Source: Bacteroidales bacterium
GTDB lineage: Bacteria > Bacteroidota > Bacteroidia > Bacteroidales > VadinHA17
Length of the DNA: 64,000 nt
Reading direction: 5' to 3'
Assembly (NCBI GenBank): GCA_049975425.1
Contig: JBNGDI010000007.1
Location: forward strand, 10,431 to 74,430
The position numbers were made by a program, and so were the translations under genes. Of this stretch, positions 58,301 through 64,000 are shown in pieces. Numbering within the stretch: position 1 is the stretch's first letter; every line of letters starts with the position of its first letter. Under the pieces are notes generated by a model. It was given only the letters and a program-made list of their open reading frames with translations, had not been told where the DNA came from and did not search any database.

Positions 58301-59412
58301 TTGTCAGCATTGGGAGTTCCTTCCCTTCTGACCCATTGCAACGTTCCCGATGAGCTGTATTTACAGATATAGAAATCAACGCCCCCGATAGAAGCCAGTG
58401 GTTCAGCACTTAAAGTAGCAGTACTGTCAAATACAATGGGATCCGATTCTGTCTTTCCTGAAATATACAAATTACCATATTTACTTATTGTAGAAGAGTT
58501 TACATGGTCAAAAGCCGGGCCCCCTGCCGTTCTTCCCCATATATAATTGAGGTTATCGTCTACACGCATCAGCATAATATCCATAAAGGCAACATCCCCT
58601 GTAGAAGTGGTAAACAAAGTGTTTTCCCCTCCGTCCTGCAACTCCCCCAGGATATCACCGGTTATATAATACCCTCCGAAAAGGCAGGGGTGAACCCTCC
58701 TGAAGGCAGATTGCTGTATAGTAGGGATAAACCTGCTGATAGCCTGGAAACTGCCGGCAGTATCGTATTTGGCGATAAACAGGTTTTTGTTTCCTGTAAA
58801 GGGGAGGGTACCGCCTGTACCCCCGTCATCATAGTAGAAGGGATCGGATTTATAATTGCCGATAATAACCATTAAATCATCCTTGAAATCTATGTCCTGC
58901 AACCGGTCATTGTGATTACCCCAGAACAACCTTTTTGCCCATACAATCGTACCATCGGGCTTATATTTTGCCACAAAGGGCTCCCATCTGCCAGAGGTGG
59001 AGTTGTTCAGTACCACATTCTCGGCGGGATTTGTTGATTCAATGGTAACAGAAGCCCCTTTGAATGCACCTACTACGTAAACATGTCCGCTCTTGTGAAT
59101 TCTGAAACTACCAATCTCATCGTCATCTGCCCCTCCACACCCAACGATCCACAAAATATTTCCATTTTCATCGAATTTAGCCAAAAAAGCATCCTGACTT
59201 CCATAAGAATTCAAATCCTGGGACTGAACTGTAAGAGGGGTCCCTCCCTCCCATGTCCCTGCTACATAAACATGATTGTTGGCATCTGTTTGTATATGTA
59301 CCGTGCCGACATCACCGGAAGCAGTGAATTGTTCAGTCCATGACCATTTTTGCGCGGTCAGATGAAGACTGAAACAAATAAATAATCCGATAGCCAGTGA
59401 AAAAGTTCTCAT
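55318..59412 (-). CDS. Giant cell-surface protein: N-terminal beta-propeller-like repeats, about 10 SprB-type repeats, and a C-terminal gliding-motility (type B) T9SS sorting domain
   Basis: 1364 aa with a signal peptide. The Cys-containing repeat DV(T/S)C.G..(D/N)G.I...V.GGT.PY.Y.W recurs. The C-terminus AITPNGDGSNDTWVIHGL...GTYYYIIDL matches the CHU_C/type B CTD pattern. Confidence 0.9.
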   Translation of the reverse strand: MRTFSLAIGLFICFSLHLTAQKWSWTEQFTASGDVGTVHIQTDANNHVYVAGTWEGGTPLTVQSQDLNSYGSQDAFLAKFDENGNILWIVGCGGADDDEIGSFRIHKSGHVYVVGAFKGASVTIESTNPAENVVLNNSTSGRWEPFVAKYKPDGTIVWAKRLFWGNHNDRLQDIDFKDDLMVIIGNYKSDPFYYDDGGTGGTLPFTGNKNLFIAKYDTAGSFQAISRFIPTIQQSAFRRVHPCLFGGYYITGDILGELQDGGENTLFTTSTGDVAFMDIMLMRVDDNLNYIWGRTAGGPAFDHVNSSTISKYGNLYISGKTESDPIVFDSTATLSAEPLASIGGVDFYICKYSSSGTLQWVRREGTPNADNAYGLAIFQEMVQFAGMYADELVINQDTLRSSGPTDVNTGFAIFDRNGNPVGGQGIGGTEHDEGQGVAYDQNGQTLIIGRSRSNPLEIGEFSLSNPNPTMYMGFVAHYEYGFSVAISHKQDVTCNGGSDGEIIVTPYFGVYPFTYEWSHDAMLNDSIATGLAAGDYTVTVKDVRDSTEVVNIEILEPEPVTIAYDITDVSCYGGNNGAIDITVSGGTPPYAFAWTGEGVSTETEDQTGLTAGDYSVTVTDGNGCTGVENFSVNEPLPITFEGTSVTDIVLPAGCNGAIDLQVNGGTPGYAYSWSGPSGFTSTDEDLTSLCDAGNYSVTVTDANTCTADTIITVDDGYLFFAYICEQNDVSCYGGNDGYARVCTENAVGSLTYEWTTVPGGLVVSTTHELLDAPAGTYAVTVTDDGTPPGSPSTVQVTIDEPSSLPSITYNKTDVTCYGSCNGKIDLTLVSGGTPPYSYAWVGPSGFTSTSKDVAGLCPGNYSVTVTDANGCTAEVNNIPIDQPPVISCNLVSTVNNPCNGDLEGELTVAVSGGTGLLSVQWDDPAAQTSLTARFLEAGNYRVTVTDENGCSRQFGPYTVTEPPAIQYSSVPDHVDCFGDCDGSIVMTVSGGTTPYSYEWYDGGGSLVGTSKNLTGACAGDYTLLITDANNCSETFEGAITEPAELVMVSEEFTDPECAGECTGSISLSAGGGTPSYEYSIDDGSTWQISGEFTGLCSGNYQVKVKDANGCETSGSMLSLTDPLGITISTVDVTDITCHGETDGTISITASGREPLEYSIDGGNTWVLESEFTGLPAGDYNVMVRDVIGCEEDGGMLTVSEPAELVLGDPVVEGNTISITATGGTEPYTYILKTGTEPLASNNTGVFSGLTAGIYQIELDDVNGCGPVLSEEIHIEEFEIFDAITPNGDGSNDTWVIHGLWEYPGVVVKIFNAWGSLVYESEPGYPEPWDGRSGGKELPSGTYYYIIDLYGDGNELLKGTVSIIK
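55700..57950 (-). repeat. Coding tandem array of about 10 SprB-type repeats (period about 80-95 codons) inside the adhesin gene; boundaries approximate
   Basis: The recurring C.G...G.I...(V/A)SGGT.PY.Y(.)W motif was read in the translation. The DNA copies have diverged. Confidence 0.7.
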
Positions 59413-59521
59413 ACAGTATATTTTTTCATAGGATGGTCAAATTGATGTATTTTTGAAAAGTCAAAATGGGGGAAAAATATAAGGTGTATACCTTTTTGAA
59501 AATGTGTATAGATCCATTTGT

Positions 59522-60553
59522 ATGCATTCTGTAGTACCCAAATTTACAAAATTATTTAAACATCAAAGCTTTTCATGCAATAACATCATTAAATTGAAAA
59601 AAAAAACCTGCTTGATACATGTCCACCTGGGGCCGTTGCCTGAATGGTTTCAACTATTTCTGCTTACGGCTGCTGCAAACCCACAATACCACTGGCTGAT
59701 TTTCACTGAACAACCTGTTTCTTCAACCTTTCGTGAAAATATCAGTACAAAGGTGCTGACAAGGAAGGAGCTGGAAACCTTAGTCCATAAAAAAACAGGA
59801 ATTGCCGTCAGCCTGTCTAACCCCTATAAGGTATGCGACCTGAAACCATTGTTCGGTCTCTTGTTTGAAGAGCACCTCCAATCCTTTTCATGGTGGGGTT
59901 ACTGCGATAACGACATCATTTTTGGAAGGATGGACCATTTCCTGAAACCCGAATGGTTTGACCAGTACCAGATCATAAGCACCTATTCGGGCTATTTATC
60001 CGGCCCCCTGACATTCTATAGGAATACACCAGGTATTAAGCGGCTCTTCACACGTGTGCCGGCATGGGAAAGTATCATCAAAAATCCATCCTGCCAGGGT
60101 TTTGATGAAAATCTGAGGGGCCATCCTGCCGGAAAAACTCTGGCTGATATTCTTCTTTTCCCCTTCCATATTCCGGAAATCATCGCATCAGATACATATT
60201 TCCTGCCGGCCAAAAAAGAAATATTGCACCAGTATCACTGGAGAATAAAAAAAAGGCAGGCAGGGAAACACCGGTTGTACGATATGACAGATATCGCTCA
60301 TGTTATGGAAAAATCCCAAAAAAAAACCGTGTTATTTACCAGTCTCCTGGCTTCCGACATATATTTCGAACGGACAGGATTAAAAAAATGGGAAATGGTA
60401 TGGGAACAAAGCTGCCTGACTGAAAAAATAACAGGTAAGGAAATGCTGGCCTTTCATTTCAGACAAACTAAAGCGGAGATGGGGGAAATTCCCTTTCCGA
60501 ACTGTCACAACCTGAATCGTTTCACCCTGACAAAAAAAGGATTTCATGTCTGA
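59522..60553 (+). CDS. DXD-motif protein, paralog 1 of 3 (putative GT-A-like glycosyltransferase of an uncharacterised family)
   Basis: Shares with its two neighbours HLGPLPEWF..FL.....NP...WLIFT.Q, NPYKVCDLKP.FG, WWGYCDNDIIFG, GFDEN and a C-terminal W.MVWE...L...FHF. The start is uncertain: GTG 59504, ATG 59522 or TTG 59594. Confidence 0.65.
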   Translation: MHSVVPKFTKLFKHQSFSCNNIIKLKKKTCLIHVHLGPLPEWFQLFLLTAAANPQYHWLIFTEQPVSSTFRENISTKVLTRKELETLVHKKTGIAVSLSNPYKVCDLKPLFGLLFEEHLQSFSWWGYCDNDIIFGRMDHFLKPEWFDQYQIISTYSGYLSGPLTFYRNTPGIKRLFTRVPAWESIIKNPSCQGFDENLRGHPAGKTLADILLFPFHIPEIIASDTYFLPAKKEILHQYHWRIKKRQAGKHRLYDMTDIAHVMEKSQKKTVLFTSLLASDIYFERTGLKKWEMVWEQSCLTEKITGKEMLAFHFRQTKAEMGEIPFPNCHNLNRFTLTKKGFHV

Positions 60554-61535
60554 TGCCTTCCCCTCCATCGGAATTGTCATCACCTGGTTCGGCCCCTGGC
60601 CTCCATGGACAGAATATTTTCTTTTGTCCTGCCGGGCGAATCCTTCGGTCAATTGGATTCTCCTTTCAGATCAAGCGGTACCGGCAAACATACCCGAAAA
60701 TGTAAGGTACATCCCAATGAAAATATCGGAATGGATTCGAATGACGGAAAAAAGACTAAAATGCCGGATTCGTGTAAATCATCCGTATAAAATATGCGAT
60801 CTGAAGCCGGCCTATGGATATATTTTTTCAGAGTATCTTCAGGAATATGCTTTCTGGGGATACGGTGACATGGACCTGGTATATGGCAATTTCAGACGTC
60901 TGCTCTCTTCCTCTGAAATGGCTGCGGCTGATGTGATCTCAACTCATTCTGATTTCATCCCTGCACATCTTTGCCTCCTCAGGAACACGCAGGAGATAAA
61001 CACCCTTTTCACACTGGGAGGAAGATACAGACAGGTTTTTGCCCGCCCCGATTACATGGGTTTTGATGAAAATCTGTTGAGGTTCCCCGTCAGAACATCA
61101 TGGGAAGTCATTGATATAGACAAAAAAAAAGTACAACAGTGGGATCAAAAACGAACCAGAATAGCCCGGTCAAAATGGATCACTCCACTGAAAATAATAA
61201 GAAAACAACTGATTAAGCCCTTCAGAACCAATTCCGAATCGGTTCCCGGAGATTTTAATAAAATTCTGGATCAACAGCACTCAAAAGGAAATGTCCGGAT
61301 TAACAGGAAGACCCGTTTCGAATGCGATAACATGTACAAAAAACAGGGAATTACCCGGTGGAAAATCATATGGGAAAAAGGACAATTGATTTCTGAAAAT
61401 TTGGGAGAAAAAAGGGAACTGTTGTACTTTCACTTTATGCTGTCAAAACAAAATCCCAAATTTAAAATCCGGGTATCCGGAAAGAATACCGGTTCATTTG
61501 TGATTTTTCCTGAAGGAATAAGACCCGTTTCATAA
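60546..61535 (+). CDS. DXD-motif protein, paralog 2 of 3
   Basis: WFGPWPPWTEYFLLSC..NP.VNWILLSDQ, HPYKICDLKPAYG, WGYGDMDLVYG, GFDEN, WKIIWEKGQL...LLYFHF. The ATG overlaps the stop region of paralog 1 by 8 nt. Confidence 0.7.
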   Translation: MSDAFPSIGIVITWFGPWPPWTEYFLLSCRANPSVNWILLSDQAVPANIPENVRYIPMKISEWIRMTEKRLKCRIRVNHPYKICDLKPAYGYIFSEYLQEYAFWGYGDMDLVYGNFRRLLSSSEMAAADVISTHSDFIPAHLCLLRNTQEINTLFTLGGRYRQVFARPDYMGFDENLLRFPVRTSWEVIDIDKKKVQQWDQKRTRIARSKWITPLKIIRKQLIKPFRTNSESVPGDFNKILDQQHSKGNVRINRKTRFECDNMYKKQGITRWKIIWEKGQLISENLGEKRELLYFHFMLSKQNPKFKIRVSGKNTGSFVIFPEGIRPVS

Positions 61536-62458
61536 TGAACCTGCGAATTCTGATCGTACACTTTGGTCCATGGCCGTCCTGGATACCGTATTTTCTTCAA
61601 ACCTGCGGATGGAATTCCCGCATTGACTGGTTGATCTTCACAGATCAACCCCTTCCCCGGAATTGTCCCCCCCATGTTATCATGCATCAAATCAGCCTGC
61701 AAGCATTTGGCGAAATACTGTCCAGCCACTTTAACATATCCGTTTCTATTCATAATCCCTATAAAATATGTGATTACCGGCCGGCTTTCGGAGAAATTTT
61801 CAAACAATGGCTGAATGGCTATGATTACTGGGGATATTCAGACCTGGACCTGGTGTACGGGAACGTATTCCCGTTCATTGAACCTCATATGAAAAGGAAA
61901 ACAGACATAATCGGGGTCAGAGAACAATACCTCGCCGGTCATTTTGCCCTTTTCAGAAACACACCGGAAATCAGTTCATTATATAAATTGTATCCCCATT
62001 ACTTGCAAGTTTTTTCAGATACCCGGCACCATTATGGTTTTGATGAAAAATCCAGTCTGATCGGGAAAAAACTGAAACATCCCGGCGAGACCCATTTAAG
62101 GCACCTGTGTTCAAGGTTGCTGGAAAAACCCATCCGTAAAATCAAATTTAAAAAGGCCTCGATTTCTGCCGGAGAGAACAGGGATCTGGATCAGATTTCA
62201 AAAAATATGGCCCGCCAGGGTAAAATCTCTTTGTTCAGAAAAGACATGGTAAGGTCGGACCTATGGTACAGAAAGAAGCATATTCCTGATTGGGAAATTG
62301 TCTGGAAGAATGGAAAATTGATTGACAAAAAAACAGACGAAGAGCTTCTGCACTTCCACTTTATTAAATCAAAAAACACGAAATGGTTCCACCCTGAACC
62401 CTGGCGTGAAAACAGTGGTTTCCGGATCAACCGGAAGGGAATCCATATTCAGGAATAA
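61535..62458 (+). CDS. DXD-motif protein, paralog 3 of 3
   Basis: HFGPWPSWIPYFLQTC...IDWLIFTDQ, NPYKICDYRPAFG, WGYSDLDLVYG, GFDEK, WEIVWKNGKL...LLHFHF. The start overlaps the stop of paralog 2 (TAATG). Confidence 0.7.
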   Translation: MNLRILIVHFGPWPSWIPYFLQTCGWNSRIDWLIFTDQPLPRNCPPHVIMHQISLQAFGEILSSHFNISVSIHNPYKICDYRPAFGEIFKQWLNGYDYWGYSDLDLVYGNVFPFIEPHMKRKTDIIGVREQYLAGHFALFRNTPEISSLYKLYPHYLQVFSDTRHHYGFDEKSSLIGKKLKHPGETHLRHLCSRLLEKPIRKIKFKKASISAGENRDLDQISKNMARQGKISLFRKDMVRSDLWYRKKHIPDWEIVWKNGKLIDKKTDEELLHFHFIKSKNTKWFHPEPWRENSGFRINRKGIHIQE

Positions 62459-63357
62459 AAACTATACCTTTGTAAAAATCCATAGAGTTTTATTTTCTCC
62501 TCAACCTGCTGGATTAATTCAGGAGTCCACCGGATCAATTCACGGCTCCGGTGCGGTTTATCATAAACAATGGCAGCACAGGATGACAGGTAGTCAGATG
62601 AGGCCTCCAGCCCAAGAAAGTTTATCAGCTTCGTTAATTCTTTTTCCGGACAGGCAATAAAATCTTCATGGTACACATCAATAATTTCATGTTGCGATTT
62701 TCCCCTGAACCCATTCACAGCCTCAACCCTGTTGAAAAAGGCAGAAATGGATGGGAGCAATTCTTCCGGATCTGCATTTTCCGTCCAGGCATTTTGTTTT
62801 TCAAGTCTTCTTCGGGTCATGGTAGTTATGATATCAAATGGATTCCTGATAACATGGATCCATTTAATGGGATATCCCAATGATTTTTTCATCCTTTCTA
62901 TCACTGATGGATCCTCCTGTATCAGAAGAGATGTCCTGCCTCCCAGTTTATCACCTATTACACGGATCTGTTGGTAACGTCCCTGCCATTGACCCTCCAC
63001 CCTGTATGAATAACCGGTCCATGTATTGTTTTCCTTTTTTCTGAATTGACGGCTGTTATTAACAAGGGAATAAATAATCTGATTTTTGTTGTACCCCATT
63101 CCCAGATGGGGTAAAACTCCCCACTCCATCCCCATGACCACTTCCGGATGGGCGTCCAGTAAGGCGGCAATCAGGCTGTGCCCGCTGCGTGGATAACCAA
63201 TGAACATACAAAAGTTTTTAATATGTGAATATTGGTCCCGTTTCATCCGGCCCATGGCAAAGGAATGCATATAGGCCAGAATGAATCGTAACTTTCTTAT
63301 TATTCTGTATATAAAGTAATTCATTGACAAAAATCTTCCATTTATTTTCCGGAACAA
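62449..63357 (-). CDS. Sulfotransferase-family protein
   Basis: 5'-PSB-like loop IGYPRSGHSLIA, 3'-PB-like IHVIRNPFD, and YHEDFIACPEKELTKLINFLGL (the typical YEDL..DP......FLG tail). Its 3' end overlaps paralog 3 convergently by 10 nt. Confidence 0.8.
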   Translation of the reverse strand: MFRKINGRFLSMNYFIYRIIRKLRFILAYMHSFAMGRMKRDQYSHIKNFCMFIGYPRSGHSLIAALLDAHPEVVMGMEWGVLPHLGMGYNKNQIIYSLVNNSRQFRKKENNTWTGYSYRVEGQWQGRYQQIRVIGDKLGGRTSLLIQEDPSVIERMKKSLGYPIKWIHVIRNPFDIITTMTRRRLEKQNAWTENADPEELLPSISAFFNRVEAVNGFRGKSQHEIIDVYHEDFIACPEKELTKLINFLGLEASSDYLSSCAAIVYDKPHRSRELIRWTPELIQQVEEKIKLYGFLQRYSFYS

Positions 63358-64000
63358 CCCAGGTGAAATGCTAATTTATCATTCCATCTTCTTAAATGAT
63401 AGGCCATCCGCTTCATAGCAAGTGCCCTTTTTTGCCGGATATCCTGTTTCCCCCACCCTGTTAATACATACCCCAATTGTTTCAGCCATCTGCCTGACAG
63501 ACATTCCATAGCTGTAATTTCTTCCGGTTTCAACAAACTAACCCATTGATCAATCTTGTCACAGTCAGGCTTCTCCGGGATACTCCGGTGAATTGTTTTC
63601 ATTTCAACAGACATTCTTTCATATAGGTCACCCTGGCTGTTCTCATCCCACGAGCCGTCAATGCCCAGTATTTCCTCTAACCTGTGCAAAATAATTTGTT
63701 GATCACGTATAAATGATTCAAAAAAAATAATCTGTACCAAACCCCGGGCCACCAGTTTTGACGATTTCCTGACAAACCGGTTCCAATCAAGAGCCGTTTT
63801 GACTGGATCTATGCTCATCGGCTCATTCCCGGGTAACATGGGGGTTCTTTTTTGCGACTCGTATATGGCACGAACATCCCGGATCAGAACCAGAGGATGA
63901 AATACCATTCCTGTATGAGCAGCTTTACTTATTTTACCAAAAAGATATAATAATCGCTCCGCCTTGAAAAGCACTAGTGTGGCACCAGGTTTTACCTCGT
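63342..64000 (-). CDS. Second sulfotransferase-family protein, N-terminus beyond the window edge
   Basis: The frame is open to position 64000 (...EVKPGATLVLFKAER). It has LIRDVRAIYES (3'-PB-like) and FFESFIRDQQIILHRLEEILGI. The PAPS-binding P-loop is expected upstream, outside the window. Confidence 0.6.
   Translation of the reverse strand, partial: EVKPGATLVLFKAERLLYLFGKISKAAHTGMVFHPLVLIRDVRAIYESQKRTPMLPGNEPMSIDPVKTALDWNRFVRKSSKLVARGLVQIIFFESFIRDQQIILHRLEEILGIDGSWDENSQGDLYERMSVEMKTIHRSIPEKPDCDKIDQWVSLLKPEEITAMECLSGRWLKQLGYVLTGWGKQDIRQKRALAMKRMAYHLRRWNDKLAFHLGCSGK

Overview
This window looks like an ordinary chromosomal segment from a Bacteroidota-type genome. Lineage markers are a PorP/SprF gene next to a giant SprB-repeat protein with a gliding-type (type B) T9SS C-terminal domain, TonB, TAnnTTTG-like -7 boxes and many lipoprotein signals. 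I support about 55 protein genes, two intact tRNAs (Glu-TTC, Ala-GGC), several intrinsic terminators, one tRNA-derived relic and two apparently disrupted genes. I see no rRNA, CRISPR array, integrase or transposase.

Most genes are housekeeping: rpsT, asd, hflX, lpxK, folK, sppA, purQ, purD, a purine nucleoside phosphorylase, a TrmJ-like methyltransferase, D-lactate dehydrogenase, and peptidases of families S9 and M1. There is also a small amino-sugar module (GH20, long NagB fusion, HGSNAT-like membrane protein).

Five regions deserve a second look:
- 59.5-64.0 kb holds three tandem paralogous DXD-motif proteins (putative glycosyltransferases of an uncharacterised family). They converge on two sulfotransferases and are transcribed divergently from the T9SS adhesin/PorP pair. 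The cluster runs off the window edge.
- 46.6-52.0 kb holds an orphan CheR-type methyltransferase followed by a 1030-aa ABCG-like transporter with a TerB-like and an FHA-like N-terminus. A lipoprotein gene and a small secreted-protein gene, both unrecognised, follow tightly.
- 33.33-33.82 kb holds a second tRNA-Ala(GGC) copy. Its 55-nt 3' half is identical to the intact gene, and it has its own terminator and an encoded CCA. Its D-loop is split by a 91-nt twin-hairpin insert and it has no 5' acceptor strand.
- 35.9-37.8 kb holds two adjacent damaged or switchable genes, one with an in-frame TGA and one with a T9 homopolymer frameshift.
- 2.9-5.2 kb holds the NagB fusion to a PIG-L/LmbE-like domain.

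All family assignments come from reading motifs by eye. No database search was run.
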